Positions 38,438 to 48,766 are shown, numbered from the stretch's first letter. The stretch is DNA of 64,000 nt from Candidatus Daviesbacteria bacterium RIFCSPHIGHO2_02_FULL_43_12 (GCA_001776775.1 MFDD01000002.1:37746-101745), one strand, 5' to 3'. Notes: generated by a model from the letters alone, not told the origin. Made by a program: numbers and translations.

Positions 38438-40390
38438 TTCTTTTATCTGGTCCCTTAACTTGGCAGCAGTTTCAAAATCCAGTAGTTCGGCCGCTTGTTT
38501 CATCTGTTGTTCTAAATCAGCGACTAATGTTTTACGCACTTCCGGGGGAAGATCACTAATAGATTCAACCTCCGCTCCGATTTGGGCTTCGGTTTTTTCG
38601 ATCAGCCGATCGCGCAGAGCTTTGTGGATCGAGATCGGAGTAATATTATAGTCTATATTATATTGTAGCTGATACTCCCTTCGTCTTTCGACCTCGTCCA
38701 TCGCCGCCTTCATGGACTTGGTAATATTATCGGCGTACATAATCACCTTACCCTCGATATGCCGGGCTGCCCGACCCATGGTTTGGATTAGCGAAGTCCT
38801 CGACCGCAGAAAGCCCTCTTTATCAGCATCTAAAATTACCACCAAAGAAACCTCAGGCAGATCCAAACCTTCTCTCAGCAGATTAATACCCACGATCACA
38901 TCATATTCTCCCAAACGAAGAGCGCTAAGTATATCTGAACGCTCCAGGGTTTTGATATCCGAGTGTAAATAGTTTACCTTCACCCCCTTTTCCGCTAAAT
39001 AGTCGGATAAATCTTCGGCCATACGCTTGGTCAGAGTAGTAATCAAAACTCTTTCTCCTTTTTTGGTCCGGGCTGCTACCTCTTTTAAGACATCGGCAAT
39101 CTGACCTTCGGAGGGGCGAACTTCAATGACCGGGTCAATAATCCCTGTTGGGCGAATCAACTGCTCGGCGATATTACTTGGACCAGCCAGCGACAATTCA
39201 TACTCATCGGGAGTAGCTGAAACATACACAGCTTGGTTGATCCGACGCTGGAATTCGTCAAATTTGAGCGGCCTGTTGTCCAAAGCGCTTGGTAATCTAA
39301 ATCCAAAATCAATTAGAGTTTCTTTGCGGGCTTTGTCGCCGTTATACATGCCTCTAATTTGAGGGAGGGTAATATGCGACTCGTCAATAATTAACAGGTA
39401 ATCCTTGGGGAAGTAGTCCAGTAAAGTGAAGGGGGCAGACCCAGGCTCCCGACCATCGAAATAGCGCGAATAATTTTCGATTCCGTTGCAATAGCCGTAC
39501 TCCTTGATCATCTCCAAATCGTAGTTGGTGCGTTGTGCAATTCTTTGCGCCTCGATGAGTTTTCCGCTGGACTCCAGACTCTTGACTCTGGACGCTAGAT
39601 CCTGCTCTATCTGAGCAATACCCGGTTTTAAACGCTGCTCGGGGGTAATATAGTGTTTAGCAGGGTAAACCGTAAAGATAAAAGGGGTCGGAGTGACACT
39701 ACCGGTTAGAGGATCTAAGTGAGACAATCTTTCGATCTTATCCCCTAAAAACTCTACTCTAATCGCTTGGTCTGTATAAGATGGGAAAATATCCACTGTG
39801 TCTCCGCGAACCCGGTAGGTTGAGCGTTTAAAATCGTAGTCGTTACGGTTATAAAACATTTTAGTTAATAGCTTCATCACCGACTCGATCCCCACTTTAA
39901 CCCCTTGCTTGAGCTCTAATATTGCCCCTCCATACTCGACTGGATTACCAATGTTGTAGATACAAGACACTGAGGCAACCACCACTACGTCTCGGCGGGT
40001 CATCAGGGAAGTGGTGGCAGATAGGCGAAGTTTTTCGATCTCTTCGTTGATTGAAGCATCTTTTTCGATATATGTATCGCTAGAGGGAAGATAGGCCTCT
40101 GGTTGGTAATAATCATAGTAAGAAACAAAATATTCCACCGCATTTTCAGGGAAGATGGAGCGAAATTCTTGGGCTAGTTGTCCGGCTAAAGTCTTGTTAT
40201 GAGAGATAATTAAGGTTGGCTTTTGGACTTTTTGGATCACATTAGCCATGGAAAAGGTCTTTCCCGAACCAGTGACTCCCAGTAAGACTTGATGCTTTTC
40301 GTCACGTTTCAGCCCTTGATAAAGATGCTCAATCGCTTGAGGCTGGTCACCGGTGGGCTGGAAATCTGAGATGATTTTGAAGCTAGGCAT
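38426..40390 (-). CDS. uvrB: Excinuclease ABC subunit B
   Basis: Helicase motifs GVTGSGKT and DESH, a C-terminal UVR domain, and 654 aa full length. Confidence 0.9.
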   Translation of the reverse strand: MPSFKIISDFQPTGDQPQAIEHLYQGLKRDEKHQVLLGVTGSGKTFSMANVIQKVQKPTLIISHNKTLAGQLAQEFRSIFPENAVEYFVSYYDYYQPEAYLPSSDTYIEKDASINEEIEKLRLSATTSLMTRRDVVVVASVSCIYNIGNPVEYGGAILELKQGVKVGIESVMKLLTKMFYNRNDYDFKRSTYRVRGDTVDIFPSYTDQAIRVEFLGDKIERLSHLDPLTGSVTPTPFIFTVYPAKHYITPEQRLKPGIAQIEQDLASRVKSLESSGKLIEAQRIAQRTNYDLEMIKEYGYCNGIENYSRYFDGREPGSAPFTLLDYFPKDYLLIIDESHITLPQIRGMYNGDKARKETLIDFGFRLPSALDNRPLKFDEFQRRINQAVYVSATPDEYELSLAGPSNIAEQLIRPTGIIDPVIEVRPSEGQIADVLKEVAARTKKGERVLITTLTKRMAEDLSDYLAEKGVKVNYLHSDIKTLERSDILSALRLGEYDVIVGINLLREGLDLPEVSLVVILDADKEGFLRSRTSLIQTMGRAARHIEGKVIMYADNITKSMKAAMDEVERRREYQLQYNIDYNITPISIHKALRDRLIEKTEAQIGAEVESISDLPPEVRKTLVADLEQQMKQAAELLDFETAAKLRDQIKELST

Positions 40391-40527
40391 GATTAAGAAG
40401 TCTTTAGTCGGTAGCTTTTAGCCATTAGCCAGACAAAAAGCTGCTAGCTAAGAGCTCCTGACTAAGAGCTAATAGCTATTTTACCACAACACAAACTTTA
40501 CCCGAATAGCTTATCCGGAGCAAGCAA

Positions 40528-42078
40528 ATGTTGACAAAAATGATATACTTATCCAACTTGATGGTAACCAAACAACCATTGCAGATATTTGCTCTTCGGT
40601 TATTTCTTTCCTTAGTTCTAACTCTGCTCTACTTTGTATTCTTAATGGGTGGTTCTTGGGGGCTGGGATTTACAGTGATTAACCTGCTCTTTCTCGGAGC
40701 CTTGGTCATCCAAAGGCCGGAGCTTCTTAGCAAACCGCGCAATTTGGTTTTTTTGGGAGCGAGTATCGCTATCTCTCTGTTTTTTAGCTTTCGGGCTTTT
40801 TATCTTGGGCAATGGATCAATCAAGGGCTAATTATTGTCCTTAACTCGCTGTTGGTGCTGAACCCGCAGGGGGATCTAAGTCTGAAGGATTGCCTAACGG
40901 CACCTATTTATCTTTTTTTCCGTTCTTTGGTTGAATGGCCGGAAAATATTCTGACGATAAAAACTTACCTATTCCATCAGAAAACGGCGGGTTTTGGACA
41001 AAAGCTGAAGTTGGCGTTCTCTGGTGTAGTCATCGCTATCCCGCTCTTGGCTATTTTTCTGGTTCTTTTTCTAAATGCCGATCCCCTCTTCCAGCATTAC
41101 TTTAACTCTCTGCTTCCCAAAGACTTTTACCTGGATATTGAATTAATCTCCAAGATTATTCAACTCGGGTTTGTTTTTGCGCTCTTTTCTACTGGGTTTC
41201 GTCAGCACACCGGCCAACCTGCGACATCCTCCTGGCTAGACCAGGTCATGCAAAATCGCCGGGAAATCGCCTCAGCCTGTGTTTTTATTATTATTTTAAC
41301 CGGAACATTTCTCGCAGTCCAGGCACAGTACTTATTTGCCACCGAGGAGTTATTAAAACAAATGGGGGTAATGCTCTCGGAATACACTAGAAGGGGTTAT
41401 ACCGAGCTTTTGCTGGTTAGCTCGATTAGCCTGTCGCTAATACTAATTATTACTCATCGAGCTCGGGAAATCTCTCAAAGTTGGATAAAGATGGTAGCTT
41501 GGGTATTTATATTAGAAGTGTTTCTGCTGCTGCTATCTGCCAGCAGACGGGTTTATCTTTACCAAGAGGCCCATGGATTTACCTTGATTCGGATTTTAGG
41601 GATATTATTTAGCATCTGGTTGACCGGTACCCTGGGTATCTTTGCTCTCAAGCTCTGGGGACGATTGAAAGAAAAAACCTTGATCTTGGCTTTACTTATT
41701 AACACAATCGTAGTAGTTTTTTTAATGAATATTCTAAATCCGGACTATACTATTGCCGTAATTAGAAAACCCAATCTTGGTTACGGCATTGATTACCGTT
41801 ATATCACCGGACTCTCGGCAGATGGATATGCAGGCTGGGAAGAGGCCTTAACTGCCATGGAGAACAAATCCCCCTGCGAAGGAGAGGTTGGAGCGGTCGC
41901 TTCTCGGCTACGGCAAAAGCATACCGAATTTCAAGCTGATGCTAAAAATAACTGGCACAACTTTGGATCCTGGAAACTGTCCGAACAAAATGCAAATAAC
42001 TACATCCAAGACAACTACAAGCGCATTATGCAACTGACCGAGGAAAATTTAGCCTGCCAAAGCGAAGGTCCCAGATAG
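40528..42078 (+). CDS. Polytopic membrane protein with C-terminal soluble domain, unknown function
   Basis: More than 10 TM helices then a ~120-aa hydrophilic tail. Confidence 0.5.
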   Translation: MLTKMIYLSNLMVTKQPLQIFALRLFLSLVLTLLYFVFLMGGSWGLGFTVINLLFLGALVIQRPELLSKPRNLVFLGASIAISLFFSFRAFYLGQWINQGLIIVLNSLLVLNPQGDLSLKDCLTAPIYLFFRSLVEWPENILTIKTYLFHQKTAGFGQKLKLAFSGVVIAIPLLAIFLVLFLNADPLFQHYFNSLLPKDFYLDIELISKIIQLGFVFALFSTGFRQHTGQPATSSWLDQVMQNRREIASACVFIIILTGTFLAVQAQYLFATEELLKQMGVMLSEYTRRGYTELLLVSSISLSLILIITHRAREISQSWIKMVAWVFILEVFLLLLSASRRVYLYQEAHGFTLIRILGILFSIWLTGTLGIFALKLWGRLKEKTLILALLINTIVVVFLMNILNPDYTIAVIRKPNLGYGIDYRYITGLSADGYAGWEEALTAMENKSPCEGEVGAVASRLRQKHTEFQADAKNNWHNFGSWKLSEQNANNYIQDNYKRIMQLTEENLACQSEGPR

Positions 42079-42236
42079 CTCTTACAAAGCTATTGCGCAA
42101 CCCTCAGATAACTATCATTAAACCAAGTTAGTATCTAATCTGACAGGGTGGAGTATAGATTGATCTATTTTCAAGATTAGGAAAAGGGTTTACAATCTGT
42201 ACTGGATCTTAATTTAAATTAAAAGGAGGTGATTTT

Positions 42237-42437
42237 ATGGCTTTTAAATATACTAACAAAAAGGGTACTGATTATTACCTCCACACCCAACAAGTGACAC
42301 TTCGGGGAAGCGGTAAGCAACAAACTATTTATTTCTTCGCTCGCGAAGTCAGAAACGGCTCTCTGGATGCTGTTCCAGCTGGATATACAGTCGTAGAGAA
42401 CGACCGGACTGGATTACCCATCCTCAAAAAAGCATAG
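42237..42437 (+). CDS. Small conserved-looking protein (66 aa) with strong RBS
   Basis: AAGGAGGTGA lies 5 nt upstream of the ATG. TTTACA-N17-TAATTT promoter-like sequence upstream and an intrinsic terminator downstream. Confidence 0.5.
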   Translation: MAFKYTNKKGTDYYLHTQQVTLRGSGKQQTIYFFAREVRNGSLDAVPAGYTVVENDRTGLPILKKA

Positions 42438-42450
42438 TCAATGCTTTCTA

Positions 42451-42479
42451 AAGAGGCTTCGCAAGAAGCCTCTTTTTTG
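42451..42479 (+). terminator. Rho-independent terminator (AAGAGGCTTC-GCAA-GAAGCCTCTT + T-run)
   Basis: Perfect 10-bp stem with GNRA-like loop, then TTTTTT. Confidence 0.65.
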
Positions 42480-43103
42480 GTTCTTTAACCCCCCAGTACT
42501 AGCTATCTCACGCAACTCTTACTCAAACTTAAAGCTCCTCTTATCGAGACAAGCTAATATAGACAAAATAAAACCAATGCTAAATAAATTATTCATTAAA
42601 TTAATGCGCAGAAAGAAGTCTGCACCAAAAGTAATTACTTTAAGTGCTGTTTTGGAAAATGCGATCAAAATGAAAGCTGTCTCATCCGGGGGGAGGCTTA
42701 AAATCGCATGATCGGCACCTATTCTCAAAGCGATATTGTTTTTAATCCAAGTAAATCTTCGATCAAAAGTCATGAATTAGGATTTTTGATTTTTCTATTA
42801 GTGCTGGTGGTGAGTGTTTTTGCTTTCTTCTATATCGGCCTAAACCGAGTCAGCCAAGGAGATTTTGGTGAAAGCATTCAGCGAGAACAAACTAAAGATA
42901 CTCCCCGCTTTGTTTCGATTGTTGTTTAGTTAGCGGAAGTTAAAAGTTACTACTCCGCGAAGCTAACAATTCTACAGATCGTAAAAAAATAGATCCTAAG
43001 ATTTTATTACAAAGATTATCTCCTTTTAATTAACTTCTTCCAGAGTACTTACATATCTCTTACAAAATCTCTTAGTTTCTAAGTTTGACCTTGGTTTTCG
43101 GCT

Positions 43104-44639
43104 TTGTTAGACTGCCACCCGATGCCTCTGACCCCTATTGATACACCTGTTAAAAGACTTGCGAGTTTCTTGGCTAAAAAAAAGAATCGTTATCGAATGG
43201 CCGTTGTGGTGGATATTTTCTTGATGTCTATCATCCTCATAAACGGAGCTAGGCCGGCCCAGAGGTTTATTCAACCTTTGGTGGAGCAATCGTTAATTAG
43301 CGCCAACCAACAGATGAGGACTATCTTTAATCCAACTATAGCTCCAAAAACTACCAAAGAAGTATTTGCCTTTGTGCCAGGTTCTTCGAATAAAGACTTA
43401 AACCTAGCTCTTGACAGTCTGCATACCCTAGCTTACTTTGACTTGCCGGTCCTTGAAGACGGAAGTTTAAATAAAGCAAGTATGGGGTATCGGTCTTTTT
43501 TCTCGGATGGGCCAATATTACTGGAATATGCCCACCAGCATAACGCCAAAGTTGATCTGACTTTTAGTATGTATAATGAGGATATTAATGGTTTCCTCGA
43601 TAATTCCAGCGCGATCCAGGTATTTACTAAAGAGTCTATCCAGCAGGTAAAAGACAGCGGGGTGGATGGGGTAACATTGGTCTTTGAATACCAAGGCCAA
43701 ACCAACCGAGAAAGTCAGCAAAAATTTACCAGTTTTATCAATGATTATACTCAAGCAGTGCATCAGGAATTACCTCTGGCTCAGGTCCACTTAGCTTTAG
43801 CTGATAATATTCCCGAACATTCTCTTTATAATCTAAAAAACCTAAGTCAGGTTGTAGATAGAATCTTTGTAATAGCTAGCAGCTTCCCTGTTCCTGAATC
43901 TCAAAATGGCCATCCGACTAGCCCTACATATGGATCTATTCCCAGTCGGTATTGGGGGGAGGTGGGAAAAGCTTTAGATAACTTTGCCCGTTTCATGCCT
44001 TCTGACAAACTCGTCATGGAAACTGCCTGGTACGGAGATGGCGATCACTATCCGTTGTATGTTCCCAAAAGCCAGCCCGACCCCATCGGTGAGACCCACA
44101 ACCCGGTCAAAACCCTCGACAAGGATCTATTAGACCGACTGGTCTCTCAAGTTCCCGCTAAGGCTAGGGGTGCGGCCAGACGAAATATTCCGTTTATTGT
44201 TAAAGCTTTGGAAGAAGAAGGTATTTTCGATTCAAACGTTTTGTCTTATGCCTTAGCCACCATTGAGCATGAAACAGATAGTACTTTTGAACCAATTGAA
44301 GAGATCCAGGGTTCGATTAGTGCTCGCAGACTCGGTTATGAAGGAGGAAAAAATTACTTTGGTCGCGGATTTATCCAGTTAACTCATCTGCGCAACTACC
44401 GCATGATAGGCCAAAGGCTCGGGATGGGAGACCAGCTTGTGGATCATCCGGAACTGGCCTCTGAGCCAGAAGTAGCGGCCAAAGTTTTGGCTGCTTTTTT
44501 TAAAGACAATGACATCGCCAGAAGGGCCAGTAACGGAGACTTTGTCAGTGCTCGCTCTCCGGTAAACCCGGATCGTAACGGCTACCGCGTTGCCAAGATG
44601 GCTTACCGGTATGAAAGCGAAATGGAACTGAATTACTAA
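43104..44639 (+). CDS. Two-domain cell-wall hydrolase: N-terminal GH18-like domain fused to C-terminal GH19/lysozyme-like domain
   Basis: SGVDGVTLVFEYQ resembles the GH18 DGxDxDWEY motif. C-terminal IEHETDSTFEP...YFGRGFIQLTHLRNY matches the GH19 chitinase/endolysin signature. Confidence 0.55.
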   Translation: MLDCHPMPLTPIDTPVKRLASFLAKKKNRYRMAVVVDIFLMSIILINGARPAQRFIQPLVEQSLISANQQMRTIFNPTIAPKTTKEVFAFVPGSSNKDLNLALDSLHTLAYFDLPVLEDGSLNKASMGYRSFFSDGPILLEYAHQHNAKVDLTFSMYNEDINGFLDNSSAIQVFTKESIQQVKDSGVDGVTLVFEYQGQTNRESQQKFTSFINDYTQAVHQELPLAQVHLALADNIPEHSLYNLKNLSQVVDRIFVIASSFPVPESQNGHPTSPTYGSIPSRYWGEVGKALDNFARFMPSDKLVMETAWYGDGDHYPLYVPKSQPDPIGETHNPVKTLDKDLLDRLVSQVPAKARGAARRNIPFIVKALEEEGIFDSNVLSYALATIEHETDSTFEPIEEIQGSISARRLGYEGGKNYFGRGFIQLTHLRNYRMIGQRLGMGDQLVDHPELASEPEVAAKVLAAFFKDNDIARRASNGDFVSARSPVNPDRNGYRVAKMAYRYESEMELNY

Positions 44640-44640
44640 A

Positions 44641-45735
44641 ATGAATATAAGGCTAAGTACTAAAATAAAGGCATTTTTAATCAGCTTCTTAGCCGTTTTT
44701 TTGATGGTAGTCTTGCCCCACCTTGGACTAACTATGCGTAATATTGCCAATCAGGCTTGTGTTATAGCTCGCCGCCTTGGCTGGATCGGCTGCAAAACAG
44801 GTATGCTTAGTCCCCTGCCTCTTAAACCCGACCCCATGTTAAGAGTCCGACCTCAACTGCAAAAAAACATTAAAATCTTTGCGCTAAAGCGGCCCACAAG
44901 TTTTATTTCTCAAGCCTTTGCCGGAGAGGATTTTCAACAGGCCAAATCTTATATCGTTTTAGATATGGACTCCGGAGAGATACTCAAAGAGAAAGATGGA
45001 ACTTCTATATTTCCCATGGCTTCTCTGACTAAAGTGATGACCGCCATGGTCGCACTTGACTTGGCTTCCCCTCAAGAAGTCTTTAGTGTCTCCGAAACTG
45101 CCTATCGGATCGAACCAACCCGGTTTGCCTTTGATATTGGCGAGAAATTGACCCTCGAGGAGCTGCTCAACGGGATGCTGCTGACATCAGCCAATGACTG
45201 TGCTCAGATTATTCGAGAAGGTATTGACCAAAAGTTTGGAAATCAGGTTTTTATCAAAGCCATGAATGAAAAAGCCAAGCTTTTGGGACTAAAAGACACC
45301 AATTTCCAGAATCCTCAGGGTTTTGATGATACTGCCCACTTTAGTAGCGTTGAAAACTTAGGCCTAATGTCCCGCTTTGCCCTAAATAATTACCCCCTGA
45401 TCGCGGAGATTACCAAAAAGGACCATGAATTTTATAGTAAAAATACCGATCACCAGGAGGTGTATATGAATAATTGGAACGGATTGATCGGTGTTTACCC
45501 GGGTGTCTTTGGGGTAAAAATTGGTAATACCGGCCTGGCCGGGCATACAACGGTGGTTGCCGCCGAAAGAGCCGGGCATCGATTGCTTACTGTGGTTCTA
45601 GGAGCTCCGGGAATAATCGAAAGAGACCTCTGGGCATCTAAGCTGTTGGATCTTGGTTTCGCAAGATTTGGACTACAGCCAATTAACGTGACCCAGCAAG
45701 ATTTAAGAGAAAAGTACGCTACCTGGAAATATTAG
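44641..45735 (+). CDS. D-alanyl-D-alanine carboxypeptidase (S11, PBP5-like)
   Basis: SxxK (ASLTK), SxN (SAND) and KTG-like (KIGNTG) motifs. Confidence 0.8.
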   Translation: MNIRLSTKIKAFLISFLAVFLMVVLPHLGLTMRNIANQACVIARRLGWIGCKTGMLSPLPLKPDPMLRVRPQLQKNIKIFALKRPTSFISQAFAGEDFQQAKSYIVLDMDSGEILKEKDGTSIFPMASLTKVMTAMVALDLASPQEVFSVSETAYRIEPTRFAFDIGEKLTLEELLNGMLLTSANDCAQIIREGIDQKFGNQVFIKAMNEKAKLLGLKDTNFQNPQGFDDTAHFSSVENLGLMSRFALNNYPLIAEITKKDHEFYSKNTDHQEVYMNNWNGLIGVYPGVFGVKIGNTGLAGHTTVVAAERAGHRLLTVVLGAPGIIERDLWASKLLDLGFARFGLQPINVTQQDLREKYATWKY

Positions 45736-45737
45736 TC

Positions 45738-45752
45738 AGTTCACAGTGAACT
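45738..45752. promoter_or_regulatory. Palindrome AGTTCAC-A-GTGAACT between the carboxypeptidase and PBP1A genes
   Basis: 7-bp perfect arms read directly. Confidence 0.2.
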
Positions 45753-45817
45753 ACACTCTTACTTAGCTCTGACTTCACTCTCACCTTAAGCAAGCAATAA
45801 ATCTTTAAACTATATTT

Positions 45818-47959
45818 ATGGGTCGGTTAATAAGAGCCCTGTTCAACTTTTTAAAAGAGCCAATTTTCGCCCTATTACTAGCCTTCGCCTCTATAGCAGC
45901 CTTTATTCCTGTCCTGACCTATGCCTATTTTGCCAATACCCTGGTCAGTACGGATGCAATTATGAACAAAAATAAGACTGGCCTAATCCTGAAAGATAGA
46001 ACCGGTAAACCCTTCTTTAAATTTTACGATGCCAGGGCCCAAGAGTTTGTACCCCTCTCGGAGATTCCCCAGCTGTTTCAGGAAGCTATTATCTCCGCCG
46101 AGGATAAGGAATTCTATAACCACCCTGGTTTTTCGATCAAAGGCATAATAGGGGCCATTTTAGCCGATATTAAGCATAGAAATTTGTCTTACGGAGGTTC
46201 CACTATTACCCAGCAGCTAGTGAAGAACTCTCTACTTACTTCCAAGAGAACTTTTTTACGCAAATACCAGGAGCTGATTCTCGCTCAGGAGATCGAACGG
46301 AGGTACTCCAAGCCAGAGATTTTGGAGATGTACCTTAATTCAGTATATTTCGGGGAAGGGGCTTTTGGAGCAGAGTCGGCAGCTAAGACCTATTTTACTA
46401 AGTCAGTTAAGGATTTGAGTCTGTCCGAGTCGAGTATGTTGGCTGGTATTATTACCGCGCCCTCTTATCTTTCACCTATCTCAGGAGACCCTGATGAAGC
46501 CAAAAAAAGACAAGCCTATATTCTAGGTGAAATGGTTCAAAATAACTATATTTCTGATGCCGATAGGCAGGCGGCTCTGGGCGAGGAGCTAACCTTTAGT
46601 AAAAATCCGACTCCTTTTGACTTTCAGGCACCCCATTTTGCCCTGATGGTCAGAGATGAGCTGATTCAAAAATATGGTGAAGAGGAGGTGGCCAGATCTG
46701 GTTTTGTAGTCACGACGACGTTGGATTTGGATTGGCAAAGATATGCAGAGAACGTAGTCAAAGAGCAGGTTGAATCGTTGGCTAAAAACGGCGTCACCAA
46801 TGGAGCGGTAGTGGTCATCGACCCTAAAACGGGGCAGATTAGAACTTTGGTTGGTAGTGTCAGTTGGTATAACGACAAGTTTGGCAAAGTTAATATCGCC
46901 TCCTCCTCCAGGCAACCCGGTTCATCATTCAAACCACTAGTATATATGACAGCTCTGGAAGATCATCTGATCACCCCTGCCACCCTGCTGAAGGACAATC
47001 CAACCACCTTTAAGATGCCCCTGGGGTCACCTCCTTACCGCCCGCGTAACTACGATGGCAGGTTCCGGGGCCCAGTTTTGGTCCGACGAGCCTTGGCAAA
47101 CTCTCTTAATGTCCCGGCAGTACAGGTCATGGAGATGGTGGGAGTACCCCAAGTTCTCGAGATGGCAAGTAGGCTGGGACTAACTACTCTCCAAGATCCA
47201 AGTGATTACGGACTATCGATGGTGCTAGGAGCAGGTGAGGTGAAGTTATTGGAAATGACCAACGCCTATGCTACGTTGGCCAATCGTGGTGTCTTTAATC
47301 CGCCAAGCACTATTCTGGAGATTAAAGACAAGATGGACAAAAAGATCTTTACCTTTGAAGAGCAGCCTAAAAAAGTTATTGACCCAGAGTACCCTTTTTT
47401 AATCTCTTCGATACTCTCGGATAACAGCATCCGCACAGAGGTCTTTGGCCAGTCGTTAGATATTTCCCGGCCAGCCGCTGTTAAAACAGGTACTAGTGAA
47501 AACTACAAGGACTCGTTAACTCTAGGGTATACCCCATCTTTAACTATTGGTGTTTGGGTGGGCAACAATGACGGGACATCAATGGATCGGGTTGCGGGGT
47601 CCTTGGGAGCGGCTCCTATATGGCGAAAATTAATGGAGAAGTTTTTGGAGGGAACCCCTGTTGAGAAGTTCGAACTACCAGCGAACATTGTTTCCAAACC
47701 AGTCTGTCGGTCAAATGGGCTGCTAGCAAAAGAATCAACTTCTGCTGCCTACCTTGAATATTTTGCAGAGGGAACTGATCCAGTCAAAACTTGCAGCGGA
47801 GGTGCACACACTCCGCTGGAAACTCCATCGGCCTCTCCAACCCCGGCTCAGAGTACCCCCACCCCTCCAGTGTCTCCTAGCCCTCAGGCCGCTAGTGAGG
47901 GACAAACCCAAACCATTAATATCCAAGTACGAGGTGGTAAACAAAAAAGAATTAATTAA
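45818..47959 (+). CDS. Penicillin-binding protein 1A (bifunctional glycosyltransferase/transpeptidase)
   Basis: GT51 motifs EDKEFYNHPGF and GGSTITQQL. Transpeptidase SxxK/SxN/KTG region. P/S/T-rich C-tail. Confidence 0.85.
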   Translation: MGRLIRALFNFLKEPIFALLLAFASIAAFIPVLTYAYFANTLVSTDAIMNKNKTGLILKDRTGKPFFKFYDARAQEFVPLSEIPQLFQEAIISAEDKEFYNHPGFSIKGIIGAILADIKHRNLSYGGSTITQQLVKNSLLTSKRTFLRKYQELILAQEIERRYSKPEILEMYLNSVYFGEGAFGAESAAKTYFTKSVKDLSLSESSMLAGIITAPSYLSPISGDPDEAKKRQAYILGEMVQNNYISDADRQAALGEELTFSKNPTPFDFQAPHFALMVRDELIQKYGEEEVARSGFVVTTTLDLDWQRYAENVVKEQVESLAKNGVTNGAVVVIDPKTGQIRTLVGSVSWYNDKFGKVNIASSSRQPGSSFKPLVYMTALEDHLITPATLLKDNPTTFKMPLGSPPYRPRNYDGRFRGPVLVRRALANSLNVPAVQVMEMVGVPQVLEMASRLGLTTLQDPSDYGLSMVLGAGEVKLLEMTNAYATLANRGVFNPPSTILEIKDKMDKKIFTFEEQPKKVIDPEYPFLISSILSDNSIRTEVFGQSLDISRPAAVKTGTSENYKDSLTLGYTPSLTIGVWVGNNDGTSMDRVAGSLGAAPIWRKLMEKFLEGTPVEKFELPANIVSKPVCRSNGLLAKESTSAAYLEYFAEGTDPVKTCSGGAHTPLETPSASPTPAQSTPTPPVSPSPQAASEGQTQTINIQVRGGKQKRIN

Positions 47960-48000
47960 TTTAGCCGGACATCCGCTTCGACAAAGCTCAGCGAGGCGAG

Positions 48001-48054
48001 CCTTCAAGGCCCGCCTGCCATGCAGGGATTGCGGGCAGTTGGAAGGCTAAATAT
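48001..48054 (+). promoter_or_regulatory. Conserved 54-bp element copy B upstream of lexA
   Basis: 51/54 identity with 37842-37895 and the same inverted repeat GCCTGCCATGCAGG. Confidence 0.4.
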
Positions 48055-48084
48055 GATAGGCGAATAAAGCCCGAAATTGGTATA

Positions 48085-48114
48085 TTGACAGGTTCGGGTT
48101 TGCTTTGGTATATT
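48085..48114 (+). promoter_or_regulatory. Candidate lexA promoter TTGACA-N18-TATATT
   Basis: Consensus -35 and an A/T -10 hexamer. Flanked by direct repeats TTGGTATATTG. Confidence 0.35.
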
Positions 48115-48766
48115 GGATAAAGTTCACCTTGCAAATACCAATAAATATATGCCTGTCACACTATACCGCCGACAAAAACAAATACTCGATTTTATCAAGC
48201 AATATATCGGTAAATATGGCTATTCTCCAACTCTCGGAGAGATTGCCGAGAGCATTGGGGTATCTTCCCTTGCTACAGTTCATGAACACCTCCAAGCTCT
48301 GATCACCAAAGGACTAATCAAAAAATTTGAGGGGGCGGTCCGCGGAATTGAACTGCTGGATCAGAAGATCTCCGATAGACTGAGAGATATTGAACTACCT
48401 GTGCTGGGATTCATTGCGGCCGGACAACCGATCATGGCTTATACCGACCCGGATGCAACTATTTCCGTATCTCCACATCTGCTCTCCGGCAAAAAAAGAT
48501 CTTATGTTCTCCAGGTCAAGGGAGAGTCGATGATCGAAGATGGAATTTTAGACGGAGACTATGTGGTAATTGAAGAACAAAATACGGCTGTCGATGGAGA
48601 TATTGTAGTAGCTCTACTAGATAATGGACTGGCGACCTTAAAGAGATTTTATAAAGAGTTAAATAGAATTCGTTTGGAACCCGCTAATTCGAAGATGCAA
48701 CCGATCTATGCTACTGACGTCCAGATTCAGGGTAAATGTGTGGCGGTGATTAGGCGCTTCGGCTGA
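48113..48766 (+). CDS. lexA: LexA repressor (S24 peptidase)
   Basis: N-terminal wHTH. Cleavage and catalytic region GESMIEDGILDGDYVVIE. The ORF begins at TTG 48113; the ATG at 48149 (MPVTLYRRQKQIL) aligns best with LexA N-termini. Confidence 0.85.
   Translation: MDKVHLANTNKYMPVTLYRRQKQILDFIKQYIGKYGYSPTLGEIAESIGVSSLATVHEHLQALITKGLIKKFEGAVRGIELLDQKISDRLRDIELPVLGFIAAGQPIMAYTDPDATISVSPHLLSGKKRSYVLQVKGESMIEDGILDGDYVVIEEQNTAVDGDIVVALLDNGLATLKRFYKELNRIRLEPANSKMQPIYATDVQIQGKCVAVIRRFG

Noticed and set aside
42519-42929. Two overlapping small ORFs (84 aa minus, 73 aa plus) in the AT-rich gap before the GH18/GH19 gene
   Set aside because: They are mutually overlapping, with no RBS or conservation evidence. 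Either might be real but neither can be supported from sequence alone.
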